Source of the DNA: Myxococcales bacterium
GTDB taxonomy: Bacteria; Myxococcota_A; Polyangia; Polyangiales; DASUME01
DNA: 64,000 nt
NCBI GenBank assembly: GCA_047601445.1
Contig: JASGJH010000001.1
Location: forward strand, 2,080,001 to 2,144,000
Reading direction: 5' to 3'
In this document: positions 46,863-56,590 of the stretch, piece after piece
Numbering within the stretch: position 1 is the stretch's first letter
Layout of the letters: the number at the start of each line of letters is the position of its first letter
Notes under the pieces: model-generated
Told to the model about the DNA's origin: nothing
What the model saw: only the letters and a program-made list of their open reading frames with translations
The model's database searches: none
Program-made: the position numbers and the translations under genes

Positions 46863-47951
46863 GTGCATTTAGCGGGTCTACGCGTGCTGGCTTTGACACC
46901 CGCCAGCAGCTTTGGTGGCGTCAATACCAGCGTGGATCGCGTTCGCGCGCTCGAGGCGCTTGGCTGCCGCGTGCGTGTGGTGGATAGCGAAGGCGCACGA
47001 GGACCCGAGGGCTTGAAGCGCCTATTCCTGCGCGCCCGCAGCAAGGCCTTCCGAGCCGGGCTTCCGGTCACCCTCCCCGACCTATGGTCCAACGCATCGC
47101 GCCTGCTCGCGGCCGGTGCAGAGGGTCCCTGGGACATCGTGTGGCTGGAAAAGGCGCTCACCATCGGCGCGACGACCCTGCAGCGTTTGCGGCGTGTGTG
47201 CCCCGATGCTCTCTTCGTCGGGTTCTCTCCAGACGACATGAATGCGCGTCACAACCAGTCCCAGCAGTTCCTGGGCGCGCTCCCCCATTACGACTGGTTC
47301 CTCACCACCAAGACCTACAACGTCGACGAGCTGCGTGCGCGCGGTTGCCCCCAGACCCTCTACGTGGGGAACGGCTACGACCCGGGCATCTTCCGGCCCC
47401 TCCGCCCCACGCCAGAGGACCTCGCGCGGTTTGGGGGCGACGTGGGTTTCATCGGAACCTATGAGCGTGAACGCGCCGAGAGCATGCTCTTCCTGGCAGA
47501 ACAAGGCGTCAAAGTTCGAGTCTGGGGAGGAAGCTGGAGGGAGATTCCACGACAGCACCCCAACTTGCGCCTCGAACACGTTCCCTTGCGCGGCGACGAT
47601 TTCGCCCTGGCCTGCCAGGCGTTCAAGATCAACCTGGGTTTCCTGCGCAAGATCAACCGCGACCAGCAGACCACGCGAAGCGTGGAGATCCCTGCGTGCG
47701 GCGGCTTCATGCTGGCCGAACGGACCGACGAACATCTCGCCATGTTCGAAGAGGGGAAAGAGGCCGAGTTCTTCGGCTCGAACCGTGAGCTACTCGAAAA
47801 GTGCCAGCGCTTCTTGCGGGACGATCAAGCCCGCCTCGCGATCGCCTGTGCTGGACACGAGCGCTGCGTCCGCTCCGGCTACACCAACGTGGAGCGACTT
47901 CGGGTCGCGCTCGAGCACGTCCTCGCCGCGTCACGCAATCGCGCTGCGTAG
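46863..47951 (+). CDS. Glycosyltransferase (CgeB/Glyco_trans_1_2-like)
   Basis: 'FIGTYERER', 'RSVEIPACGGFML.E', 'FEEGKEA.F'. Confidence 0.8.
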   Translation: MHLAGLRVLALTPASSFGGVNTSVDRVRALEALGCRVRVVDSEGARGPEGLKRLFLRARSKAFRAGLPVTLPDLWSNASRLLAAGAEGPWDIVWLEKALTIGATTLQRLRRVCPDALFVGFSPDDMNARHNQSQQFLGALPHYDWFLTTKTYNVDELRARGCPQTLYVGNGYDPGIFRPLRPTPEDLARFGGDVGFIGTYERERAESMLFLAEQGVKVRVWGGSWREIPRQHPNLRLEHVPLRGDDFALACQAFKINLGFLRKINRDQQTTRSVEIPACGGFMLAERTDEHLAMFEEGKEAEFFGSNRELLEKCQRFLRDDQARLAIACAGHERCVRSGYTNVERLRVALEHVLAASRNRAA

Positions 47952-47997
47952 CAGCACCATCGCATCGGATGCTGGGGAGTGAACCTCGCTGCGAGGT

Positions 47998-48648
47998 CTA
48001 GGGCCTCGTAGCCTCTACGTAGACACTCTCGTCGGAGCGCTCCAACAGGTTCAGGCCACCCGGCTCGGGCATGCGCGTCTCCCCTGGCGCCAGGGTTCTC
48101 ACGTCGACGAAACCGCTATCCGCAACCAGAGCCGCAAGGGATTGACCGTCGTACATCCAGTGGTGTCCTCGGTGTCCGAGCAAGGCCAACTTCAACCTCG
48201 AACGAAGGCCGCCATCGGCCTCAACGCTCATCAAGGTCGACGTCATGAACTTATCCGCGTCCCGGTCCTCCAGATAGCTGCGCACCAGCATGCTGAGGTC
48301 CGGCACGACGAGCCGGAGAACGCCGCCTGGCGCCAGCACACGAAACGCCTCGCGCAGAAACGCCCGGACAGCTCGTCTGTCTAGGTGTTCCAGCATGTGC
48401 GAGCTGTAGAGGACCTCTAGCGCGCCGTCCTCGACCGGAAGCTTGTCTGCCGGGGCCCAAATGATCTGCCCGCGCCGAATGGATTCCACGAATGACGCTC
48501 GACCCAACAAGCGCGTGGCGAGCGAGAGCACTGGGTGACGGGCAATCCAGACTGTCGCTGAGTTGTCGAAATTCAGCCAACCGGCCGTGGGAGTGGCACC
48601 GCAACCAACATTTGCCCGAGCTAGCGCGGAGCTATGGAGTCTCGACAT
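47998..48648 (-). CDS. SAM-dependent methyltransferase (type 11-like)
   Basis: 'NVGCG....GWLNFD', 'YSSHMLEHL', 'RVLAPGGVLRLVVPD'. Confidence 0.85.
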   Translation of the reverse strand: MSRLHSSALARANVGCGATPTAGWLNFDNSATVWIARHPVLSLATRLLGRASFVESIRRGQIIWAPADKLPVEDGALEVLYSSHMLEHLDRRAVRAFLREAFRVLAPGGVLRLVVPDLSMLVRSYLEDRDADKFMTSTLMSVEADGGLRSRLKLALLGHRGHHWMYDGQSLAALVADSGFVDVRTLAPGETRMPEPGGLNLLERSDESVYVEATRP

Positions 48649-48921
48649 GGGTACCGATGCTAGCAGCTCCCCCAACTCGTGTCCGCCGACGTTTGCCAGC
48701 CCACCGCGCAGGTGAAATCGCGACTCGAAACGCCTTCTGTCCACCAGCATCGGCAGTCGCGGGCTCGCAGCTCGAACGCCGAATCAACGACCCGACCCGA
48801 TGGCACGCACCCGCACGACCACCGAAGACGCAAGGGATTTCGGCTCCCGAATCGACAATCGGCAATCTGCAGACTGCGCAGGAATTGACACCTCCCCCGG
48901 GCTGAAGCGATAAGGAAGATC

Positions 48922-49641
48922 ATGGATCTCGAACGCGCACGCGAGGTCGGCTACGCAGGCTACGCGGAATGGAAAGGCTGGCTGAAAGGCGAGCACTCGC
49001 ACCTCTCCGACGCGCACGATAGCTTCCGCCGTGAACTCCTTGGGATCGAAGTGTCCGGCAGGCGAGTGCACGAGCTAGGGTTCGGCGACGGGCACTTCCT
49101 CGATTGGGCGAAGTCTCAGAGGGCCGAAACTTCAGGTGTGGAACTCGATGCGGCTCTGGTGGCGGCTGCGCGTGAGCGCGGTCACGACGCCGCCATCGTC
49201 GCGCCGGGAGGCAGCATCGGCCCCCTCTCACCGGGCTCCATCGACGTCATCGTCGCGCTAGACGTACTCGAACACCTTGCCAAGCACGAAATCGCCACGG
49301 TACTCGCGGAGGCGAGCAGGGCGCTGCGTGTTGGTGGTCATATCGTCGCCCGCTTTCCAAACGGCGCCTCGCCCTTCTCGGGGCTCTACCAACATGGTGA
49401 CGCAACGCACGCGACCCAGCTCACCGCAGATGCCCTGGGGCAGCTCTCCCGCGCCCACTCGTTCAACGTGATGAGCGTCCGCAATGCGGCGCGGCCGTTG
49501 AGTGGTCGATTGAGGAAGCGGCTGCTGCGCACGGTACGCTACGGGGTGCAGTCCAGCATCGGTGCGGCGCTCTCGGTGGTGTACTTCGGCCGGCTCGTCC
49601 CGCTCGACCCCAATGTGACCGTGGTGCTTACCCGGGCGTGA
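48922..49641 (+). CDS. Class I SAM-dependent methyltransferase
   Basis: 'ELGFGDG', 'DVLEHL', 'RFPNG.SP', 'GDATH'. Confidence 0.85.
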   Translation: MDLERAREVGYAGYAEWKGWLKGEHSHLSDAHDSFRRELLGIEVSGRRVHELGFGDGHFLDWAKSQRAETSGVELDAALVAAARERGHDAAIVAPGGSIGPLSPGSIDVIVALDVLEHLAKHEIATVLAEASRALRVGGHIVARFPNGASPFSGLYQHGDATHATQLTADALGQLSRAHSFNVMSVRNAARPLSGRLRKRLLRTVRYGVQSSIGAALSVVYFGRLVPLDPNVTVVLTRA

Positions 49642-49724
49642 CGCGTTCCGTGCGCCACACGCCGGCACTCCAGCCTCGGGAACAGCTCATTGCAATTCCG
49701 AAGTGTCCATGGCTAGCATAGGCC

Positions 49725-50450
49725 ATGGTCACACTACGCGAGATTGCACGACAACTTCCGCTGGCCCCTCAGCTCTACAACCAGTTTCGGAGCACGTTGC
49801 TCGCAGTGCGCCCCAAGGGACGCGTCACGGCGCACGGTCCCGCGGGGATTGCGTCCGCAGGACACCGCGAATACGTGGGTGGCATGTGGCACGAGATTGG
49901 TCGCCTCCAGTTCAACTTTCTCGTGAACCAGGGCTTACGACCGAACCACTACCTGCTCGACATTGCGTGCGGCAGCTTGCGCGCGGGGGTCCATTTCATC
50001 CCGTACCTGGACGCCGGCCATTACCTGGGCGTGGAGAAGGAACCCGAGCTCGTCGAGCTAGGACTGCGAGAAGAACTCGGCATGGTCCTCGAGAACCTCA
50101 AGCGGCCCGAATTGCTCGTCAACGGTGCCTTTGAGTTCGAGCGGCTCTCGAACGCCCCTGATTTCGCCATTGCCCAGTCGTTGTTCACGCACACGCCTGG
50201 CGAGGTGGTCGTCCAGTGCTTGCGCAAGCTTCGCCCATGCATGGCGAAGGACGGCGTCTTCTACAGCACGTTCTTCGTCGGACGGGAGAAGACCAAGAAT
50301 GCAAGCCAGGCCCATGACCACAGGAGCTGGTTCTACACGCGCGACGAGCTCGCAGGCTTCGCACGTTCGGCCGGCTGGAGCATGGAATATATCGGCGACT
50401 GGAACCATCCGCGCAATCAGCAGATGGTCGCCTTCCGCGTCGCGGCCTGA
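49725..50450 (+). CDS. Class I SAM-dependent methyltransferase
   Basis: 'LLDIACGSLRAG', 'AQSLFTH'. Confidence 0.82.
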   Translation: MVTLREIARQLPLAPQLYNQFRSTLLAVRPKGRVTAHGPAGIASAGHREYVGGMWHEIGRLQFNFLVNQGLRPNHYLLDIACGSLRAGVHFIPYLDAGHYLGVEKEPELVELGLREELGMVLENLKRPELLVNGAFEFERLSNAPDFAIAQSLFTHTPGEVVVQCLRKLRPCMAKDGVFYSTFFVGREKTKNASQAHDHRSWFYTRDELAGFARSAGWSMEYIGDWNHPRNQQMVAFRVAA

Positions 50451-50456
50451 TCGCTC

Positions 50457-51134
50457 TTAGCCCGGCTTGCGGGCTTCGAGGATCAGCGTGTGCGGTGCCT
50501 CGGGCGTAGATTCGCTCTCCAGCTTCAGCACGGCGCTGTCGACCAAATCGGAGCGGGTTGTTTCCCACGTCGGTTGGCACGGTCGAATATCGACGTAGCC
50601 CGCGTTGCTCAGGAGCTCTTCGAGGTACGAGCGCGACAAGATCGTCAGGTGCTCTCCTCGACACAGGATGAAGTTCGCAAAGCGGCCCCCGACACTGGTG
50701 CGTCGGTCGGGAAAGTCGCTGAACCATTCTGCGTTGCCATTCAAGAACTGACGAGCGGCCTCGTCGCCATTGGGACCGCCGATTCGAATCATCCCACCGG
50801 GCTTCAGGCAGCGGAACATGTCGGCGAGATGGCGCGGCAGATCACTGTCGGGCAGATGCTCGATCACGTGGTGAGAGTAGAAAATGTCGACCGTCCCGTC
50901 GTGGAACGGCAGCGTGTGACGAAGGTTCGCCCAGACCTCGGGCCGGCTCTTTCCGGAGAAGGCGTTGGCGTCGACGTTGATCCAGCCAGCGAGATGATTC
51001 GACTGGCCGGGCCCCAGATGCACCTTCACGAGTCCGTCGCGAGGCGCCGCAAACGCACGATACGCGCGCCCGCTGAGAGCCATAGGGATATCTGCTAGCA
51101 GATAGTAGGCAGCTTTGAATTCTCTAGAAAGCAC
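50457..51134 (-). CDS. SAM-dependent methyltransferase (type 11-like)
   Basis: 'HLGPG....GWINVD', 'YSHHVIEHL', 'RCLKPGG'. Confidence 0.82.
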   Translation of the reverse strand: MLSREFKAAYYLLADIPMALSGRAYRAFAAPRDGLVKVHLGPGQSNHLAGWINVDANAFSGKSRPEVWANLRHTLPFHDGTVDIFYSHHVIEHLPDSDLPRHLADMFRCLKPGGMIRIGGPNGDEAARQFLNGNAEWFSDFPDRRTSVGGRFANFILCRGEHLTILSRSYLEELLSNAGYVDIRPCQPTWETTRSDLVDSAVLKLESESTPEAPHTLILEARKPG

Positions 51135-51193
51135 GGTGCCTCGATTCCCCTCGGGTGGATTCTATAAAATATGAGGGCGGTAGCTGCAAAGCC

Positions 51194-52051
51194 TCAACCC
51201 GACGCTCGTGCCGACGTGGAGGTGACGCAAACCCTCCGCAAAGCGTCGAGGCATTCATCGTGAGCTCGACTCGCGACCTGCACCAGCGCCGGATCCAGGT
51301 CGAAATCATGCGTTGGGCGTGACTTCACAATCGTGCGCGCTTTGATGTGCTCCGACGGATCGCCCGCGTTGCGGCGGCCGGTCGTGTCGAAGACGTCGTA
51401 CTGCGGACGAAGAGGCTCTTGCAGGCCGAGCCAGCGTCCGAGATCGGCGAGAACGGCATCGGAGTCGTCGACGAGCTCGGATGAGTGCAGGAAGAAGGAA
51501 GTGCGCCCGCTGCTGTGCAGCGTGTCCGCGAGGCCTCGCAAAGTCCGCAGCCGCTCCACGTAGTAATCGCTCACCTTGGAGGCGTCGCGATACCAGTGCC
51601 CAAAGTCGAAGCCCACGCCCAGGTTGACGATGCTGCGCAAGGTGCTGGGCGCATCACGAAGCAAGAAGACGACCTTCAGATCCGGACGACACAGGATCCG
51701 TTCGTCGATGTGGAGGTGGCTCCAGAGCACCTTGTCCAAAACGTACTGCCCCGTCAGCTGTCCGCCGTTGTCGACGATGACGCGGCAACGCAGTTTGACG
51801 AGGTCGAGCGGCGTGGAGTACCGACAGTGCATCTCCGCGTGGCCCGTGACTCCGGGATGGCTCCCCAGGATGTGGGCCAACAAGCTGGAGTGACTGCGCA
51901 TGTGACTCAGCACGAGCAGATATTGCTTGGGACCGAAGATGTCGGTTGGCGACCGCATGGCGCCCCTGATCAGGATCGACGCCTTTCGCAAACGGCCGAG
52001 TTGACGTGCAAGCTCGTCCGAGAACGAGACGTCAGACGGCATCTTGTCCAC
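51194..52051 (-). CDS. Sulfotransferase-family protein
   Basis: 5'-PSB-like loop 'HMRSHSSLL.HILGSHP' and 3'-PB-like 'FLLRDA..TLRS'. Confidence 0.7.
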   Translation of the reverse strand: MDKMPSDVSFSDELARQLGRLRKASILIRGAMRSPTDIFGPKQYLLVLSHMRSHSSLLAHILGSHPGVTGHAEMHCRYSTPLDLVKLRCRVIVDNGGQLTGQYVLDKVLWSHLHIDERILCRPDLKVVFLLRDAPSTLRSIVNLGVGFDFGHWYRDASKVSDYYVERLRTLRGLADTLHSSGRTSFFLHSSELVDDSDAVLADLGRWLGLQEPLRPQYDVFDTTGRRNAGDPSEHIKARTIVKSRPTHDFDLDPALVQVASRAHDECLDALRRVCVTSTSARASG

Positions 52052-52946
52052 TCGCTCCCATGCGAGCCTTGCGGTACGCGTTGACCGTCGCTCGACCGAA
52101 ACCGATCCAAGCGATGGGCTGCCGCCATGGCTTTTCCACGTTCTGCCGGCGCAGGGGCCCGTGTCGAAGCGCGTCCCAGAAGAGCCTACCGCGCTCAGCC
52201 ACCGGCAAGTGGTTCGCTACGAACATCCAGTACAGCTTGGAAAAGCTCTTTTCGCTTTCGTCCGTGGGCTGCGTTTCGTCGGCGATGCGGCAACCGCCGG
52301 TCGAATGGACCAGGTGGATGACCGAGGCGCCCGATTCATAGCGAATGCGATATCCAGCAGTGCGGACGCGATGCGCGAGGATTTGGTCTTCGGTGTACGC
52401 ATGCACGGACGAGAGGTTTTCGTCGCTGCCTCCCATCGCAAAGTACACGTCTCGACGAACGGAGAAGTTGGCACCGTAGAGACCCGTGAACTCCTCGATT
52501 GGCTTGCAGTGCGAGAACGACCCGGGAGAATCGACAGGCCCTTCCCCCACGTTCAACACCTGACCGGCGACCGCGCCCACGCGCGGATCGGCGTAGGCAT
52601 CGACGTGCCCGCGAATCAAGTCGGCACCGGGAATGATGTCGTCGTCGAAGTAAAGCAGCAGGGAACCGTTGGCCAGCTTGGCCCCGACGTTGCGTGCATT
52701 CGTGAGGCCGCTGCGGTCTAGGTTCTCGTACCGAATCTTCCCCTCGCTCGCCCATTGTTCGAGCGCTGCCTGAATCGCGGGCGGATGCTCTGCCAGCTGA
52801 TCAATGACGAGCAACTCGGCGCCCGTGGCTGCAACCTGCGGCAATAGGTGCCCGACAGTTTGAACGAGGACGTCGTCCCTTCGGTACGTGCAGATGATCA
52901 CGCTGGCGAGCGGGACGGAGGGTGAACTCTCTAACATGGCCCCCAT
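52032..52946 (-). CDS. Glycosyltransferase family 2
   Basis: 'SVIICTYRR', 'ARNVG', 'YFDDD', 'GANFS'. Confidence 0.88.
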   Translation of the reverse strand: MGAMLESSPSVPLASVIICTYRRDDVLVQTVGHLLPQVAATGAELLVIDQLAEHPPAIQAALEQWASEGKIRYENLDRSGLTNARNVGAKLANGSLLLYFDDDIIPGADLIRGHVDAYADPRVGAVAGQVLNVGEGPVDSPGSFSHCKPIEEFTGLYGANFSVRRDVYFAMGGSDENLSSVHAYTEDQILAHRVRTAGYRIRYESGASVIHLVHSTGGCRIADETQPTDESEKSFSKLYWMFVANHLPVAERGRLFWDALRHGPLRRQNVEKPWRQPIAWIGFGRATVNAYRKARMGASGQDAV

Positions 52947-53034
52947 GATAGCTGCAGAAGGTGGCGCGAGCCAAGCCTGTGGGCATCAGACGAGATGCCG
53001 GAAGGCCCCTGTCTTATCGACGAATTTCAGCAAT

Positions 53035-54207
53035 TTACGTCGAGACATCGCCAGTCAGGGCGCGGTACGCACTGACGATGGAGTCGCCGTACTGCTGCCA
53101 CCCCCCCAACTCTTGCACCCGCGATAGTCCGTTGCGGCCAAGGTCACGGCACGCCCCTCGATCTCGATAGAGACGCTCGATCAGCGCCGCGAGCCGATCG
53201 CTATCGCGAATCGGAAACTCGAACCCATCGACCCCTGGGCGAACGATGTCAGCCCCTCCGGTGTTCGCCGAGTGCAGGACGGCCAAACCACAGGCCATCG
53301 CCTGTGCCATGACGAGTCCGAACCCATCTTCGATGGAGGGCAAGCAGAGCACGTCGCACTGACTCATGTACTGAACCAGCGTGGCGCGATCGGCGTGTCC
53401 CTTCAGGGAGACGCCGCGGATGGCCTCGGGGTTCAGCTTTTCGCGCAGAGAGGGTTCTTCGCTGCCTACGAACCAGAGCTCGGCGTCGGGTAAGTCGAGC
53501 TTCCTCCAGGCGTCCAGCAGGTACTTGACGCCCTTCCGAACGGAGAAGCCTCCGACGAAGATCACCTTGAAGCTCGAGCTCGTGCGCTCCGTTGCGGAGA
53601 ACTGTGACAAGTCGGCAGAGAGCGGTGCCCGGATCAACTTGCTCGCAGCAAATCCCCGCTCGAGGAAGGTTCTCTCCACGAACTTGCTTGGAATGAGGAT
53701 TGCGTCCGCCTCCGCATACTCCTCTCGCTCTCGACGCCTGGCGCGGCTGCTGGACTCGAACGGCATTCCAAGGCGCTCGTACTCATCCGCGAGCAATGCC
53801 GTTTGTTCGTCGCAGTGCGCGCTGTGGCGCTCGACGACCGTTTTGGCACCAAGGCCGCGGGCCCGACGGAGCGTGCTCAAGAAGGCGCCGGCGTAACCCA
53901 CGCAGAGGTCGATATCGGACGGCAAGGCGAAGCTCGCCAAGTGGTCGAACAAGGTGTTGAGCGCGAACTCCACATCGCTCTGCCTGGCGAGCGCCGCGGG
54001 CGTTCGCGTCAGTAACACTCGAAATGCCGCGTGGAGGTGCAACGACGAGAAGCGCTCGCGTGGCAACGTCGAGTGCCGCCGAATGCGAAACCACGGGAGC
54101 GGCGTAATCACGGTGCGCAGATGCCCGCAGCGCTCGAGCTCCATGGCGGTCTCGAACGCGTGAAAGCGGCCTGGCACGGCGAGGGCGACGCGCATCCCGG
54201 TCGTCAT
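53035..54207 (-). CDS. Glycosyltransferase family 4
   Basis: 'FVGGFSVRKG', 'PSIEDGFGLVMAQAMACG'. ATG 54207 overlaps the upstream stop. Confidence 0.9.
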   Translation of the reverse strand: MTTGMRVALAVPGRFHAFETAMELERCGHLRTVITPLPWFRIRRHSTLPRERFSSLHLHAAFRVLLTRTPAALARQSDVEFALNTLFDHLASFALPSDIDLCVGYAGAFLSTLRRARGLGAKTVVERHSAHCDEQTALLADEYERLGMPFESSSRARRREREEYAEADAILIPSKFVERTFLERGFAASKLIRAPLSADLSQFSATERTSSSFKVIFVGGFSVRKGVKYLLDAWRKLDLPDAELWFVGSEEPSLREKLNPEAIRGVSLKGHADRATLVQYMSQCDVLCLPSIEDGFGLVMAQAMACGLAVLHSANTGGADIVRPGVDGFEFPIRDSDRLAALIERLYRDRGACRDLGRNGLSRVQELGGWQQYGDSIVSAYRALTGDVST

Positions 54208-55733
54208 CTCTGGACCTGCCAGAACCTCAATTTGGCCCGCAAGTCCGGCGTCAAACCGCTCCAATAGTAAACGGCACAAAATAGCGCAGCCGACGCCAGC
54301 GTCCGCAAGACGATCGCAAGGTCGTCCGTGCGCGCGCTCAGCTTGAGACTCAGGAAATAGACCATCAGAAACGCCAACGCAGGCACCAACGAAGCCTTCA
54401 CGATGGCCGACACACATTCGAGCAGGGGCGTGCTCGTTTGCTTGGCATAGGCCCAGAAGATGTACGCTACCGACGTGAAAAGGTGGCCAAGAAGGGTGCC
54501 GAGCGGGACCCCCACCAAGCCGAGCTTCGACCCCAGCAGGACCGAGAGCGCCAGCTTGCACGTCACGTCCAGCACCGCACACAGTGCGAGCCCTCTTGGC
54601 TCCCCAGCCTGCACGACGAAGGCCTCGAAGATCGCAACCCAGCTCTGGACGGCGCCGACCGCACAGTAGCTCACGAGCACGGACGCTTCGGGCACCAATG
54701 CGTCCGTGCGCAACCAAGCATGGAACAGGGGCATGAAAGCCCCCCCGAGGCACAGCATCCCGATCGTGCCGATGCCCGCCACCAAGCGTGTCGACTTCAG
54801 CGCGAGCACCCGCGCCTGGTCGCTGTTTCCTTGAGCCCACTGCCGGGCGATGATTGGCGCGATCGCTGCGCCAGTCATCGTCGCGATGTTGAGCACGGCG
54901 GACACGGCCCGCCATGCAACGCTAGCGCGCCCTGACGCCCGCACGTCGAGCAGCATGCCGGCCAACGTGGGATCACTGCCCCAGAGCGCCGTCCCCGTGA
55001 CCTGGATCAACAGGTACCAGAGTCCACTCGCGCGAAACTCGCGGCGCTCGCCTTCCTGGTGCTGGAGCACCGCCAAGCCCACCGGGATGCGCTCGTGAAC
55101 ACGCAGGTACAGGAAGCAGCACAGGTGGCCGAACATATTGGCCGCGCTGAGGATGATCACGGCGAGCCAGAGCGACGGTGGCAGCCACACGAACGCTGCG
55201 GCCGACAGCAGCCGCAGCAACGACACCACGGTGCTGATCGCGCGCTCGGGCCCGACGCCGCCGAGCCCCCTGAGCGCCGCGCGGAACACGGTGAAGGGCA
55301 GCTCGACCAGGAACGTGCCCACCAGGGCCGTGGCAGTCCACATGGCCTCGCGCGCGGCGACGCCATCGAGCTTGAACATGGACGCCCACGGCACGAGCCA
55401 GGTCGCAGGGACGAGGACCACGAGCGCGGGGATACACGAGCGGAGATAGAGCGAGAAGCCGAGCTCGATGATGCGAGCCACCTCGTCGCGTCCCATATGG
55501 GCCCGCGTCGAGATGCGGCTGGAGACCGTCTGGGCCATGCCGAAGTTCAGCACCCAGAGGTACTGGACCACGCCGAGCAACGCTCCCCAGTAGCCGTAGC
55601 GCTCCGCCCCGAATGCCTTGATGAACAGCGGCACCGTCGCGAGGCCCATCAACGTCTGTAAGGCCAGGGCCGCGTAGGTGCCGAGGAGAGCGCTCCGGAT
55701 CACGCGCAGCCTCCTCGACCAGGCCGTATCCAC
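54204..55733 (-). CDS. wzx: Wzx-type oligosaccharide flippase
   Basis: About 12-14 TM segments, 'FGAERYG.W', 'LNFG'. Start approximate. Confidence 0.75.
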   Translation of the reverse strand: MDTAWSRRLRVIRSALLGTYAALALQTLMGLATVPLFIKAFGAERYGYWGALLGVVQYLWVLNFGMAQTVSSRISTRAHMGRDEVARIIELGFSLYLRSCIPALVVLVPATWLVPWASMFKLDGVAAREAMWTATALVGTFLVELPFTVFRAALRGLGGVGPERAISTVVSLLRLLSAAAFVWLPPSLWLAVIILSAANMFGHLCCFLYLRVHERIPVGLAVLQHQEGERREFRASGLWYLLIQVTGTALWGSDPTLAGMLLDVRASGRASVAWRAVSAVLNIATMTGAAIAPIIARQWAQGNSDQARVLALKSTRLVAGIGTIGMLCLGGAFMPLFHAWLRTDALVPEASVLVSYCAVGAVQSWVAIFEAFVVQAGEPRGLALCAVLDVTCKLALSVLLGSKLGLVGVPLGTLLGHLFTSVAYIFWAYAKQTSTPLLECVSAIVKASLVPALAFLMVYFLSLKLSARTDDLAIVLRTLASAALFCAVYYWSGLTPDLRAKLRFWQVQR

Positions 55734-55887
55734 TCTCGCCTGGGCATCGGGAATGCGTGACCCTTGGGCCCCGGTGACTGGTCGATAGGCACGTCTTCCC
55801 GCTGACTTACGACACCCTCTGCGCAAGCGCAAGGTTGCGGAACCGAGGCAGCCTCGATGGAAGCCACAGCTCCGCCGCCCCCTACAA

Positions 55888-56481
55888 TCAGCCGCGAATT
55901 CGCCTCTCAGCCACCTTGATGCAGGGGTTCCCTGCGTACACGGAGTACGGCTCCAAGTCCTGGGTTACGACACTGCCTGCGGCCACCACCGCATGCGTGC
56001 CCACGGTGACCCCGGGAGCGATGAAGGCGCTCGCGCCGATCCAGGCCCCATCGCCGACCACGATCGGCTTGGTGATGAGACCGAAGGCCGGATCGGACCA
56101 GTCGTGGTTGCCCGTGCACAAGAAAGCACGCTGGGAGATGACCACATTCGCCCCCAAGGTGATGGGTGCCAGGTTCATCAGCCACGCGTCCTCACCCAGC
56201 CAAGCGTGATGACCCACCCGCAACTTCCAGGGAAACGTGACCCTCAGCCCGCGGCGGATCACGACCTCCGCGCCAACCGCTGCTCCGAAGCTGCGCAGGA
56301 GCCGCGCGCGTAGGCCGCTGAGGGGCAGCGGGCCGCGTTCGAAACACGCCGATCGCGCCGCTATCCACGCAAGTTCTCGGGCGCTCGAGGCCCCTCGTTC
56401 GAAGTCCGCGTTGTCGAACCGGCTTAGGTCAACGCGGCCGGCCTCCCCCCCCACGGGGTGGCTCTTGGTTGGATGCGGCAT
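55888..56481 (-). CDS. WcaF-like hexapeptide-repeat acetyltransferase
   Basis: 'LLRSFGA', 'FPWKL.VG', 'ISQRAFLCTGNHD', 'YAGNP'. Confidence 0.88.
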   Translation of the reverse strand: MPHPTKSHPVGGEAGRVDLSRFDNADFERGASSARELAWIAARSACFERGPLPLSGLRARLLRSFGAAVGAEVVIRRGLRVTFPWKLRVGHHAWLGEDAWLMNLAPITLGANVVISQRAFLCTGNHDWSDPAFGLITKPIVVGDGAWIGASAFIAPGVTVGTHAVVAAGSVVTQDLEPYSVYAGNPCIKVAERRIRG

Positions 56482-56590
56482 GACTCGCGCGAGATTATAG
56501 GGTCGGCCGTGTGGCGAGGCGACCGGTACACGCGTAGCCTCGCAGTGCGCGCCGACACGGTGGGGAGGCGCAGGATTGGAGCACAGGGAG

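Noticed and set aside
51176..51187. ops/JUMPstart-like GGCGGTAG
   Set aside because: On the strand opposite the flanking genes and not at an operon leader.
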